Notes: a model not told the origin generated them from the letters alone. A stretch of 41,659 nt of DNA from a virus (IMGVR_UViG_3300013307_000018:144312-185970), one strand, 5' to 3'; numbered from the stretch's first letter, positions 1 through 9,228 are shown. Program-made: numbers and translations.

Positions 1-600
1 TTTAACAACAACCCCAATGAGAACGGGGCTGACAGCGTGGACCCGTCCCAGTCATATTTCATGGAAGTCTCAACCCACACCGGGGTGATGACGTTGTTTA
101 CCGGCAAGTCCAATGGTGAGCCGTATGCCTACACGTTACAGCTCAATGCCCGGGCCGGTAATTTCACCATTGCCGATGATGAAGGTAATGAAGTCACCCT
201 GGACTCGGTTGCCAAACACATCTTTGCCAAACTCTCCACCGGGACCGAGTTCAACCTGGACGGCAACAACATCTACGGGTATGCGCCAGACACCATCAAC
301 TTCAAGGCAATGAAAAACATCCAGATGCTTTGTCAAAAGTTTTATCTGGAAGCCACGCAATCGTTTGAGTGTAAAACCGCGACCTTTGATGTGGTCGCCC
401 CAAAGGGGAGCTTCTCCGGGATTTGGACCGTTGGGGCATTGGCCACCAACTCCAAAGGCGGCTATTCCGGGAAGGCCACCATTGATGCGGAACTCGAGGT
501 CCTGAAAGATTTTACAGTGTCGGCTAATGCTACGGTAACCGGCACGTTACATGCCAACAAAGTCATTTCAGACCAGAACATCGACGCACCGAACGTGTAG
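1..600 (+). CDS. Partial (5'-truncated) baseplate central spike-like structural protein
   Basis: Frame 1 is open from base 1 (FNNNPNENGADSVDP...). The C-terminal half is short alternating beta-strand repeats (NEVTLDS, TEFNLDGNNI, DFTVSANATVTGTLHA) as in gpV/gp5/VgrG beta-helical spikes. Family assignment is inferred. Confidence 0.5.
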   Translation, partial: FNNNPNENGADSVDPSQSYFMEVSTHTGVMTLFTGKSNGEPYAYTLQLNARAGNFTIADDEGNEVTLDSVAKHIFAKLSTGTEFNLDGNNIYGYAPDTINFKAMKNIQMLCQKFYLEATQSFECKTATFDVVAPKGSFSGIWTVGALATNSKGGYSGKATIDAELEVLKDFTVSANATVTGTLHANKVISDQNIDAPNV

Positions 601-608
601 GAGGGAAT

Positions 609-1052
609 GTGTTACAAATCGTAGAGGGTACGGTATTTGACTACCCGGCACAGACTATTGTGAACACCGTAAACTGTGTAGGGGTGATGGGTGCGGGCTT
701 AGCCAAAGCCTGTAAAGACCGCTGGCCTGAGATGTTTCGGGAATACGTCACGCGGTGTCAGGACGGGCGGTTAGAACCGGGGGTGTTGCATTTATGGAAA
801 GGGGCTGACCAATGGGTATTGAACTTTCCCACCAAAGGCCACTGGAAATACCCCTCGCAGCTGAACTGGATTGTGAACGGGTTAGACAACCTTGAGCGGA
901 ACTACCGGGCCATGGGCATCACTGACATCAACATCCCGTTGTTGGGGTGCAGTAAAGGCAAACTCGACCCGGACGATGTGATTCCCCTCATCAAAGACAA
1001 ACTGGGTTACAAGCACGACTTGTCTGTCCGCCTGTGTATCAATCACGCATAA
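609..1052 (+). CDS. Macrodomain ADP-ribosylhydrolase, DarG/TARG1-like
   Basis: Signature motifs IVNTVNCVGVMGAGLAK, WVLNFPTKGHW and IPLLGCSKGKL. Stand-alone domain. Confidence 0.9.
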   Translation: MLQIVEGTVFDYPAQTIVNTVNCVGVMGAGLAKACKDRWPEMFREYVTRCQDGRLEPGVLHLWKGADQWVLNFPTKGHWKYPSQLNWIVNGLDNLERNYRAMGITDINIPLLGCSKGKLDPDDVIPLIKDKLGYKHDLSVRLCINHA

Positions 1053-1100
1053 CGGCATATTGCCCAGGTCAACGCCTGGGCAATTTACTTTATTTATTTT
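1053..1100. terminator. Hairpin terminator between convergent genes
   Basis: ATTGCCCAGG-TCAACG-CCTGGGCAAT (1059-1084) followed by a T-rich run on +, preceded by CGGCATA. Confidence 0.75.
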
Positions 1101-1443
1101 GTTCAGGAACAACCACGGGGGTGTTGATGTAGGTCCGGTCTGTGGTGGCCTGGGTCTGTAAGCCGCTGACCTGCACCGCCACGGAATCTGCTTCCCCGGC
1201 AAACAACGTCAACCACTCCGCGTCTCGTTGCGAGAAGCGAATCTGTCCGTCCTTGTTGCGGATGAACTGTTGCATGCGGGTATTGAAATTCATTTCACGG
1301 GGTTGGGTTAACTGGGCCGAAAGTGGTGCCAAAGACCGCTGGATAGTTACCGGCTTCTCCACAGTTACTGTTTTCGGCGTACACGCTGCGAGTAGGGTCA
1401 CGCAAAGTAGTGAGCAAGTCCAATGTAGCAGCTTGGTTCGCAT
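1090..1443 (-). CDS. Rz1: o-spanin (Rz1-like outer-membrane lipoprotein)
   Basis: ATG at 1443 with AGGAG SD. MRTKLLHWTCSLLCVTLLAAC is a lipoprotein signal with an LAAC lipobox. Starts inside the upstream i-spanin gene in another frame, downstream of the endolysin. Confidence 0.75.
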   Translation of the reverse strand: MRTKLLHWTCSLLCVTLLAACTPKTVTVEKPVTIQRSLAPLSAQLTQPREMNFNTRMQQFIRNKDGQIRFSQRDAEWLTLFAGEADSVAVQVSGLQTQATTDRTYINTPVVVPEQNK

Positions 1444-1717
1444 TGAGTCTCTCCTGTAGTAGTTTGTCGTTTTGACTGGTGGCAATGTCGAGCTTGTCAC
1501 GCAACGCGGCGTTCGCACTCACCAAATCCTGGTAGTCTTTCAAATACTGGTCTTTGCTCTCAAGCTGTTGCTTGAGTTGCCCGTTGTCGCTTCGGCTGTG
1601 AGCCAGTTCGGTGCGGGTCGTCGCGGTGGTCCAGATAAACAGCGACCAGGCCAACAACCCCAGCAGTAACCCACCCCATTTAATAGCAGTGGCGTATTTC
1701 TCAATCAGTGTAAGCAC
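1295..1717 (-). CDS. Rz: i-spanin (Rz-like inner-membrane protein)
   Basis: GTG at 1717 with GGAGG SD. A single N-terminal TM helix (WGGLLLGLLAWSLFIW) is followed by a helical/coiled-coil region. Lies between the endolysin and the lipoprotein. Confidence 0.75.
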   Translation of the reverse strand: MLTLIEKYATAIKWGGLLLGLLAWSLFIWTTATTRTELAHSRSDNGQLKQQLESKDQYLKDYQDLVSANAALRDKLDIATSQNDKLLQERLNANQAATLDLLTTLRDPTRSVYAENSNCGEAGNYPAVFGTTFGPVNPTP

Positions 1718-1730
1718 GGTACCCTCCACA

Positions 1731-1770
1731 AAATAAAAATAGCCCCGAGCATGGCCGAAGCCACACCCGA
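1731..1770 (-). terminator. Intrinsic terminator after the endolysin gene
   Basis: Minus strand CGGGTGTGGC-TTCG-GCCATGCTCG stem with a UUCG loop, followed by CTATTTTTATTTT. Confidence 0.7.
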
Positions 1771-1784
1771 CGCCATTCATACGA

Positions 1785-2423
1785 TTACAGAATGTTTTTA
1801 ACAATCAGACCTGCGTACAGGGCTTCGTTGTCATAGCCACGCTGCAACCAACCATTGGTGAATTCTTCGTTCGCTGCACGCGACTCGGAGATATCCACGT
1901 AGTAGCTGTTTTGCATTCCGGAGTGCGTGGTGATGATGTAACGCAACCCGGCTTTGCCCCGCACCTTAATGAAAGACGCCAGCGCACCCAGTGTCCCGGG
2001 ACCCATTGCCCCATCAACCCCGATGTCTTTGTAGTCACGCTGCTGACGGTTACACACGTTCAGTAAACGTTGCAGAGCGAACACACCACGTTGACGACCG
2101 GCGTTAATCCCCCAGTCGAACAAACGGTCACACAGCACCGGATGAATTGCCTGGACTTCATCCAGACGCAGTTTGTCCCACCACCCCTTCTTGTAGATTT
2201 CCATCGCGAGCTCAACCGGCAGGGTACGCATGTTACCGTCCCAGTTGTATTTGCTCCACAGGCTTTTCCACTCAGTTGCGGTCGCTTTGGTGATACCATG
2301 GTTAGTCTCACCGCCCAGGTCATTGCTGTTGTTGACATAACCGGATTCCACCGCAACACGATGGCGAACAATTCCGTCAAAGGTAAACTGTTCGACGGTG
2401 GGGTTGCGAATATCAATCGCCAT
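1785..2423 (-). CDS. Endolysin, glycoside hydrolase family 108 with C-terminal peptidoglycan-binding domain
   Basis: ESGYVNNSNDLGGETNHGIT matches the GH108 EGGY..DPGGET..GIT motif. Also LFDWGINAG, DGAMGPGTL and the terminal F..GWL.R motif. Confidence 0.9.
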   Translation of the reverse strand: MAIDIRNPTVEQFTFDGIVRHRVAVESGYVNNSNDLGGETNHGITKATATEWKSLWSKYNWDGNMRTLPVELAMEIYKKGWWDKLRLDEVQAIHPVLCDRLFDWGINAGRQRGVFALQRLLNVCNRQQRDYKDIGVDGAMGPGTLGALASFIKVRGKAGLRYIITTHSGMQNSYYVDISESRAANEEFTNGWLQRGYDNEALYAGLIVKNIL

Positions 2424-3010
2424 TACTCACTCCTCAGGTAGTTGTATTCCGACATAGTCATGCCTTTGTCCCGTGCGGCTTTCAGCATGAAGTCCGGCAA
2501 CGCCACAAACGGCACGTGCGGGAAGTCTTGCGCTGACGGTAAATCCCGCAAGGCCTGACGTACCGACTGCAGAGCAGCCCGGTCTTCTTTACTGAGAGGA
2601 TAGTCTGCCACGACCATAAAGTCAGTGGCGCCTAACACCAGTGTCCGCAACCGTTTCATCTTCAATGCCCGACCTGTATCGGTTTGCTGGATTTTTCCGT
2701 CTTTGTAGAACCAGGACTGGTCTTCATCGATTTCAAATCCACCAGGCACAGCATCCAACGGCACTTCGGTGATGACGTAGGCGGGACCCCCCATTGGCAA
2801 CATGAATTCCGCTGATGGGTCGGCTGAGACGATTTGGCCATTGGCGTCTTCATCAAAGACAATCTTCAACGTATCACTGCGAAACTTATATCGCCAGTAG
2901 TACCAGTCACGGCCCTGGTCATCACACAGATGCGGTGTGTTGGGATCGTAGGCGTTGTACTCAGGGGTGTAGAATTCAAACCCCCGCATGGTAAGCAGTT
3001 CTTGAGCCAT
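2423..3010 (-). CDS. Tail fibre assembly chaperone (Tfa-like)
   Basis: HLCDDQGRDWY N-terminal motif and C-terminal TDFMVVADYPL...RQALRDLP...FP motif of tail fibre assembly proteins. Directly follows a fibre gene. Confidence 0.75.
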   Translation of the reverse strand: MAQELLTMRGFEFYTPEYNAYDPNTPHLCDDQGRDWYYWRYKFRSDTLKIVFDEDANGQIVSADPSAEFMLPMGGPAYVITEVPLDAVPGGFEIDEDQSWFYKDGKIQQTDTGRALKMKRLRTLVLGATDFMVVADYPLSKEDRAALQSVRQALRDLPSAQDFPHVPFVALPDFMLKAARDKGMTMSEYNYLRSE

Positions 3011-3020
3011 CAGGTTATCC

Positions 3021-4304
3021 TTAGGTGTATGGCGCTAACACCCAGTTACCGTTGCTGAGGTAATAGAGTGGACGTAAACGAACCCAGTAGTTAGAGCCAC
3101 CGTAGTCAGCCCAACTGGTCATCACGCCCCCACTGAGACGTTCAGCAGTTGAGCGCTCTTTGACTGACGTACTCGGACCAAACTGAATGCGTCCACTGTT
3201 GCCGGCTGCGGCGTTGATTTTAGCATCAATGGTTCCCGCATCGTACGTCCCCACGTTGCCTGCACTGAGGTTGATGTCCCCGGTGAGAGCAATGCCGTTG
3301 ATGCGCCGTCCGGTGGGCACAGAGCCGGTTTGACTCCAGCTAACACCGTGGGGGTTATCGCGACGGTTGACGTGGGCGTTGATGTTGTTGTTCGCACCAT
3401 TGATGTTGTTCTGCAGCTGGGTATCGGCGTTCTGCAAGGCCACCACGCGGGTATCGGTTTCGGCTTTGCTGTACGCTCCCACATCCCCGGCACTGAGCAC
3501 GATGTTCTGCGTCAGGGCTTTTCCGTTCACTGTCCGTGATGTCGGTACCGACTGGGTTTGGGTCGACGTCACTTCGTGTGGGTTGTTTTTGTTGTTGATG
3601 TGCGTGGACACCACTGACGACAACGCATTCAATGCGGTGGTCAGGCGAGTATCGACGGCATCCAGGTCCGCTTCGAGCTGGTCCATGCGTTTGGTGTTCG
3701 CCAGCTGGTTCGCATCGATTTGGTCCTGGAGCTGTTTCTTAATCGTTGCAATGCGCAGATAGATTTGCTCATGCGACGCGGTATCCCCTAACAACACTGC
3801 ACTGGTGAGGTCATTGATGGCATCCACCAGATGCTCAAAGCCATACAGGTCCGTGGCGGGATGTAAGTGCGGAGCCGGTGGGAATGTCACCGGTTTGTTG
3901 GTGATGTTCAACCAGCTCACTGCCCGGTTGTCAATCTCCAGCAACGCAATCAGTTCTTCCAGCGCATACGCATTCGAACTGTAGAGCCCACCCACGACCT
4001 GGTAGTCAATCAACAAATCATCATTGATAGACTTATCCAGAATATGCAGCACCGCCGTCACGGGCTTGCCAGACGCTTGTGTGGCATCAGCGTAGAGATA
4101 CAAACATTCGAAGTCCACACCTTGGGTCAACGCAACCCCGGTGGATTTTAAACGTACCACAACGCTGTCCGAATAGAACGGCCCGTAGTTCGTTGCAAAG
4201 GCCCATTTGTTATCAAACGGTACCGTGTGGACTTCTCCACTGACTCGGTTGTCCGGGTTTTTACCGGTCAAGTCCAAGCCATATTTCCAAACTGCCATAA
4301 CCAT
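3021..4304 (-). CDS. Tail fibre protein
   Basis: N-terminal domain paralogous to 4320-6062 (PF..SVVV, DYQVVGG, HLH), then a coiled coil, two NPH/VPTxRxxNGxALTxxIxLSAGxVG repeats and a short tip. Followed by a Tfa-like chaperone. Confidence 0.8.
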   Translation of the reverse strand: MVMAVWKYGLDLTGKNPDNRVSGEVHTVPFDNKWAFATNYGPFYSDSVVVRLKSTGVALTQGVDFECLYLYADATQASGKPVTAVLHILDKSINDDLLIDYQVVGGLYSSNAYALEELIALLEIDNRAVSWLNITNKPVTFPPAPHLHPATDLYGFEHLVDAINDLTSAVLLGDTASHEQIYLRIATIKKQLQDQIDANQLANTKRMDQLEADLDAVDTRLTTALNALSSVVSTHINNKNNPHEVTSTQTQSVPTSRTVNGKALTQNIVLSAGDVGAYSKAETDTRVVALQNADTQLQNNINGANNNINAHVNRRDNPHGVSWSQTGSVPTGRRINGIALTGDINLSAGNVGTYDAGTIDAKINAAAGNSGRIQFGPSTSVKERSTAERLSGGVMTSWADYGGSNYWVRLRPLYYLSNGNWVLAPYT

Positions 4305-4319
4305 GGAGAATCCCCTTTA

Positions 4320-6062
4320 TTAGCTGACTTGATACCAGACGTGGCCATCACTGAACCCGCTGACATCCGCCGGCGGTGGATTGGTGGAAACCGTGACACG
4401 CGGTGGCTCAAAGAGGGTCACGAAAGCCGCAGGGTCATTGGTCTGGCATTTATACCCGACTTTGGTCACCGGGTTAAAATAGACTACCCCGCTCACCAAT
4501 CGTTCAGCCACGGTTACCCCGGCGGTGACCAGCCAACTCGCACTGTCGCCGTCGTATTCCCAGACCTGGTTCCCCGGGATATCAATCAACGACTCCTGGT
4601 ACACACTCTGGGCTTTGTACGCCGTGACTTGTGCAGCAGTCAGACACACGCCAGACAACTGCACCCCACCAAACAAATCCACGATGGTTTTGGTATCAAC
4701 CGGGGTCATGTAGGCAGTGTCGCCTACCGGGTTCACTAAATCAGAATAGTCAGCCAGTGGCAGGTTCTGCACTTTACCCAGTCGGCTAGTGACGTAGGTT
4801 TCCAGGTCTTGTTGGGTTAACCCGTCACCGGCGCCAGCTGCATCGAGGGCCCGTTGCACAATCATCGCCACGATTTCTGGGGTGGTGACCGTGTTATCCA
4901 GGTTGGCCTGATTGGTGATGTCCGCATCGACCGTGGGGCGGTAGTTAGCCACGTTGTCCAGGTCAAGGTCTTTGGCCGTCAGGGAATGCACGTTGCCAGT
5001 GGCATCGATGTGTGCCTGCAGAGCTTTACCCACACCTTCCGCCACATACTGCGCCACCCGAAGCGGTGACATCCATTTGGCCGTACTGGTGCCAGTTTCG
5101 GCTTCCTTCTGATTGGCCTGTGCCTGGTTATAGAGCGCGGTGTACGCATCGATCGCCAGCTGTGCCACATGGATAGCCACTTCCAGCGAAGCGTAGTGGT
5201 CCAGGTTAGTGTTGCCGTCCGCGTCCGTGGTGGTCGCCATGCCTACGTTTTTAACTTGACCCAAACCCACGTCATTGGCGTCGGTCTCATGCGGGTTGTT
5301 TTTATCCGCAATGTGTTGGGCTAACGGCTGCAGGACTTTGGACTCACCCCATTGCTGGGTACGTAACGAGGTCATGTACCCGTCGTTGTCGACGCCTTCA
5401 ATTGCCTGCTGCTGGGTGGCTTTGGGAATCGCTGTACCGCCTGAGCCACCCGGAATCATCTGCATGACGTGGTGCGGGTCATTGAAGTCATTCAGGTGTT
5501 CATTCAGTGCCTGGAACCATTTGCCACCACCGTTGAGTAACCCAGCGGTTAACGCTTTAATGGCCTCAACCACATCCTGCATGTCGGTGATGTTATCCAC
5601 ATCGTGCAGGTGTTGGGTCACCGGGAACTGTGACGGAATGTCGGTCACGGAATCCCATTGGGTGGTACGTGGGTCGATAGCCGCATTGGCTAACAGCGCC
5701 AGTGCTTTGTTCTGGTCGATTGCAAACTGACCCCCGATGGTCATGTAGTCAATCGTGAACTGTCCGGTGAGGTTGGTGTCGATTAACACAATCGCGCCGT
5801 ACACGGGGCGTAACGTTACCTGGGTGTTGAACTGGTGGTATTCCAGGCCCAGGTTATAGTCCACGCCACGTATTAACGTCTTGCCTGAAGCGACATGTTT
5901 TACGACAACACTAAAACCGAAAAACGGTGCCGCAAACGGAATGAACCAGTTGTAGTTCGCACTCGTTCCCGGCGTAATAGTGTGTGGTTCACCAATGATT
6001 TTACATTCATCCAATACCCCACTCGGGTTGTAGGGGTAGGTGAATTCATTCGTTGCGGCCAT
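4320..6062 (-). CDS. Tail fibre-like virion protein
   Basis: ATG at 6062 with GAGGA SD. N-terminus is paralogous to the next gene. Repeated HxxxxxN/DPH, LGxVxN and MT/SxLRxxQ fibre motifs; C-terminal GHVWYQV. Confidence 0.75.
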   Translation of the reverse strand: MAATNEFTYPYNPSGVLDECKIIGEPHTITPGTSANYNWFIPFAAPFFGFSVVVKHVASGKTLIRGVDYNLGLEYHQFNTQVTLRPVYGAIVLIDTNLTGQFTIDYMTIGGQFAIDQNKALALLANAAIDPRTTQWDSVTDIPSQFPVTQHLHDVDNITDMQDVVEAIKALTAGLLNGGGKWFQALNEHLNDFNDPHHVMQMIPGGSGGTAIPKATQQQAIEGVDNDGYMTSLRTQQWGESKVLQPLAQHIADKNNPHETDANDVGLGQVKNVGMATTTDADGNTNLDHYASLEVAIHVAQLAIDAYTALYNQAQANQKEAETGTSTAKWMSPLRVAQYVAEGVGKALQAHIDATGNVHSLTAKDLDLDNVANYRPTVDADITNQANLDNTVTTPEIVAMIVQRALDAAGAGDGLTQQDLETYVTSRLGKVQNLPLADYSDLVNPVGDTAYMTPVDTKTIVDLFGGVQLSGVCLTAAQVTAYKAQSVYQESLIDIPGNQVWEYDGDSASWLVTAGVTVAERLVSGVVYFNPVTKVGYKCQTNDPAAFVTLFEPPRVTVSTNPPPADVSGFSDGHVWYQVS

Positions 6063-6116
6063 GGTCAAAATTCCTCAAGGTTAATACCCCCACTGTTGTA
6101 ATAAAGGGTAGTGACA

Positions 6117-6124
6117 CATACTAT
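6117..6124 (-). promoter_or_regulatory. Putative late (nvRNAP) promoter, TATG type
   Basis: Minus strand AAAAATAGTATG upstream of the fibre genes. The same ATAGTATG lies upstream of the capsid gene. phiKZ late promoters use a TATG motif. Confidence 0.4.
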
Positions 6125-6151
6125 TTTTAATTTTTCCAAAGGTAGAGCCTT

Positions 6152-7390
6152 ATGTACACATATGTCAGTGCGCTCGCCCGTACTAAAGGAAGCAGCGGGA
6201 CGTGGAGTGCGGTAGATATTGCTACCCTACCACTCTACCAAATCTACGCGCTCTATTCCGATATCAAGGCGATTGTGACAAACCCGGTGATTACCGGAGA
6301 CCTGTCGGTGGATTTCGCGGATTTGCATGAACAACTGCGCGTGCTGACTATCACGTTCCCTCAGTGGTTGGTGATTAACGGCAACCGGACACTACCGACC
6401 TCAAACCAGATACCGACGACTACCCAGGCAACTGCCCGGCATTTAGATGCGTGGTATTGGGGGTTTGACATCAAGCCAGCAAATCATACTAAACACCCCG
6501 ATGTCGAACTGCTCCACGATGAACAGACGGACTTGTATCTTACCAAAGCCAACACCAATCCCCTGACCATTCAAACCTATTGCATCGCCACGGTCAACGG
6601 GTTCGCTCACCGGTTAAGTTCCAGTGAACTGGGTACGTTTGTACTGGGGGGTTGTACCAGTGGACGCATTGCCAACGACAACCAGGTTGGGTTGCTGGAT
6701 TTCTCAGCACTGGGTCCGACCGAAACGGTATCACTGCAATCGGGCATGCGGGTGAACCCGGTGGAGGAACTCCCGGTAAAAGATGCCCTCTATATCAACG
6801 TAGGCAAACCGTTGCTGGGTAAAACCGTGATGGTGAGTCTGGCTGGGTATTTGTTTGTGCTCGATGACTGCTACGACGTGGTGGGTGAGTCCACCATCAA
6901 ACTCAATATCCGCAACATGAATCTGCTGGCTCGGTATTACGAAGGTCGCCAATACGTGGACTGGTCTCAGGTATACCGTCCGGATGCTCGGGTACCAGGT
7001 GCTGTCGGTGTGGCGGAGTTCTTCAGTGACACTACCCTTAACGCGATACTGGACATGCCACAGTCGTTTGTGGTCATCCTCGATGCCCAGGATGTACAGG
7101 TGAGTTACGCAGCACTGGACATGGCACAACTGCCGGGAGTGTATTACGCTTACGGTGACGCCCCGGTTGCTCCCCTGCGTACCGGGTTAGGGCGCCTGGC
7201 CGAATACCTCAGCGTCAAAGAGGTTGACACCCACGTGGTGAAAATCAACGGGTACCGAACCCACGACCCCCACCGTGAACAGGTCAATCTCACGGACTTA
7301 ACCGTGGTGGAGAACGGTGACAAACCCGCAATGCACGAAGCCTACAGTCACGCTAAACTGATGTTGATTCAAAAACTGCAACTCGCATAA
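6152..7390 (+). CDS. Putative virion structural (baseplate-region) protein
   Basis: 412-aa ORF divergent from the fibre genes, with ATVNGFAH and VSLAGYL motifs that I recall from phiKZ-like structural proteins. Orthology not verified. Confidence 0.55.
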   Translation: MYTYVSALARTKGSSGTWSAVDIATLPLYQIYALYSDIKAIVTNPVITGDLSVDFADLHEQLRVLTITFPQWLVINGNRTLPTSNQIPTTTQATARHLDAWYWGFDIKPANHTKHPDVELLHDEQTDLYLTKANTNPLTIQTYCIATVNGFAHRLSSSELGTFVLGGCTSGRIANDNQVGLLDFSALGPTETVSLQSGMRVNPVEELPVKDALYINVGKPLLGKTVMVSLAGYLFVLDDCYDVVGESTIKLNIRNMNLLARYYEGRQYVDWSQVYRPDARVPGAVGVAEFFSDTTLNAILDMPQSFVVILDAQDVQVSYAALDMAQLPGVYYAYGDAPVAPLRTGLGRLAEYLSVKEVDTHVVKINGYRTHDPHREQVNLTDLTVVENGDKPAMHEAYSHAKLMLIQKLQLA

Positions 7391-7392
7391 CG

Positions 7393-7442
7393 AAAAAAAA
7401 GAGTAGGGTAGCCAACCGGCCGCCCCGCTCTTTGTTATGCCG
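7393..7442. terminator. Hairpin terminator between convergent genes
   Basis: A8 run, then an imperfect AAAGAG..GGG..CCCC.GCTCTTT stem, then TTATGCCG. Confidence 0.65.
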
Positions 7443-8018
7443 TTACGTCGGTGGAATACCTGACCCACCGCGACGACGCCCTGCGGCGACCGCCTGCACA
7501 ATCGTTGCCAAGAACCCACCTGGTACCGAGCCCAACCCTGCGGCAATCGCATCCCGGTTCTCTTTGGTCAACAATCCATTGTAGTTCCACACAACCGCCC
7601 CGAGTGTGACAAACGGAATAAAGATGTCTGTCCACTCCGGTAAAGTGAGGTTACGCCATGACACATAAATCACCAGGGCGATATAACACACCGCCATGGC
7701 CACAATTGCCACTGACATCATTACCGCAATAAAGGCACGGTAATCACTGTTGGGTCCGCCAGCCACAGGGGCCGTCAAATCCAAGGGAGTCCGACCGAAG
7801 TTGCTGATGACATAATCTTCCACCACTGCTTCAATCCGGGATTGCTCCTCGGGTTGCAGGGTATCAAACACCGCCAGGACTTCTTTCCCCGATGCCAGGG
7901 GTTCCAGTGTCGGGGTGGACTGCAGGGCATTGAGGGCAGCAATGAGCTGACTGCCATTGACATTCACCTCGGTTAACACCCGCTCCCCGACTTGTTCTAA
8001 TAAACGACGTACATACAT
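7443..8018 (-). CDS. Membrane protein with two TM helices (holin candidate)
   Basis: Hydrophobic segments AFIAVMMSVAIVAMAVCYIALVIYVSW and IFIPFVTLGAVVW, plus a basic C-terminus (GRRRGG). GAGGA SD. Confidence 0.6.
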   Translation of the reverse strand: MYVRRLLEQVGERVLTEVNVNGSQLIAALNALQSTPTLEPLASGKEVLAVFDTLQPEEQSRIEAVVEDYVISNFGRTPLDLTAPVAGGPNSDYRAFIAVMMSVAIVAMAVCYIALVIYVSWRNLTLPEWTDIFIPFVTLGAVVWNYNGLLTKENRDAIAAGLGSVPGGFLATIVQAVAAGRRRGGSGIPPT

Positions 8019-8081
8019 GGTTGTTTCCTCAGTAAACCCTCCTGCACATCATGGGGCTCTCGCCCCAGTCTGGTGATGGTG

Positions 8082-9212
8082 TTATGGACGATAACTGCCG
8101 ATGTCCAGTTTGATTTGACCCACTTTCTCATTCGACCATGCACCGCCATCCGGTGCTTTCATGGCCGCATAAGTTTTGCGAGTAGGGGCACCAACCAGAC
8201 CCGGTATTGTCCGGTCCAGGGGCAGTGACGCCGTACCCTGTTTGAGTTGCTGCTGAGTCCCTGCAGCAGCGGCTTGCAGTTTGTGGCTGAGGGTGGCGAC
8301 CTGTACTGCCACAATCGGCTGGGTTTCCGTTGGTAGCGCAGCAGACAACGTAGCAATCTCACCGTTCGGGGAAGTCTGTACGTTGTAATACCGGTTGTCC
8401 CAGTTGGACTGTTGACCAGACGCCGGAACTACCCCCAAATCAGTGTTGTTGGCATTGAACTGATCCAACACACTCAAGGTACCCGGTGGCGTAAAGCGTC
8501 CGGCATTGGCAATGGACTGCCTCGGCAGGGGTTTGACGATAATCGGCCCCAGTCGCCCGCCAATCGGGTTGGGCTCATTGGCTTCTTCCACAATGAAATA
8601 GAAATCAGTGAAACCAGCTTGCGGGCCAGTACCGGAGTAGCTACTGGTTGGACCAACATTAATCAACTTACCAGTATAGCTGGGTGTTAGATAAGCCGCC
8701 CCGGATACCGTGTTTTGCAATACACCGTTGAGGTAGGTTTTGATGGTCAGTGCCACCCAGTCAATCTCAACCTCCATGTACGACACGCCAGGGGTGTAGG
8801 TGACCGCGCTAACAATCAGACCATTGGAACCCAGGCGGATCTGTATTCCCGTACCTGGACTGCCGGCTTGAGGTCCGATGGCGTAGTAGATACGAGCCCC
8901 CAGGTACCACTTGCCGGTTTTAGGGAGGGCGTCAACTTGGGCATTGTTCATCTGCCAACGCATGTAAGAACTGGCCCCGGAGGTACAGAGAAACTTCCTG
9001 ACCTTACCGTTACTGAGCGTGACTTCGTTTACAAGCCAGGTGGAACTGTACGACGACAACATAGAGCCGAATGTCGTGGTGTCATTACCCGGAAGACCGG
9101 CCAGACCCGACGCCAGTGAACTGGCTGCTGCAAACAGAGCACCACCAGTGCCGGCGTTATAAGTAGGTACGGTTTTAAAATGGTCAAAGCCAATCAGGTT
9201 GACAAGAGCCAT
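8082..9212 (-). CDS. Putative lectin-like (beta-sandwich) receptor-binding protein, paralog 1
   Basis: Shares IGFD, KTGKWY.G, Y.E.EIDWVA.T.K.Y..GVL and GRLGPI motifs with 10414-11565. The Y.E.EID...Y.NG pattern is typical of ConA/LamG-like folds. Confidence 0.6.
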   Translation of the reverse strand: MALVNLIGFDHFKTVPTYNAGTGGALFAAASSLASGLAGLPGNDTTTFGSMLSSYSSTWLVNEVTLSNGKVRKFLCTSGASSYMRWQMNNAQVDALPKTGKWYLGARIYYAIGPQAGSPGTGIQIRLGSNGLIVSAVTYTPGVSYMEVEIDWVALTIKTYLNGVLQNTVSGAAYLTPSYTGKLINVGPTSSYSGTGPQAGFTDFYFIVEEANEPNPIGGRLGPIIVKPLPRQSIANAGRFTPPGTLSVLDQFNANNTDLGVVPASGQQSNWDNRYYNVQTSPNGEIATLSAALPTETQPIVAVQVATLSHKLQAAAAGTQQQLKQGTASLPLDRTIPGLVGAPTRKTYAAMKAPDGGAWSNEKVGQIKLDIGSYRP

Positions 9213-9228
9213 GTGAAATATCCTTTAA

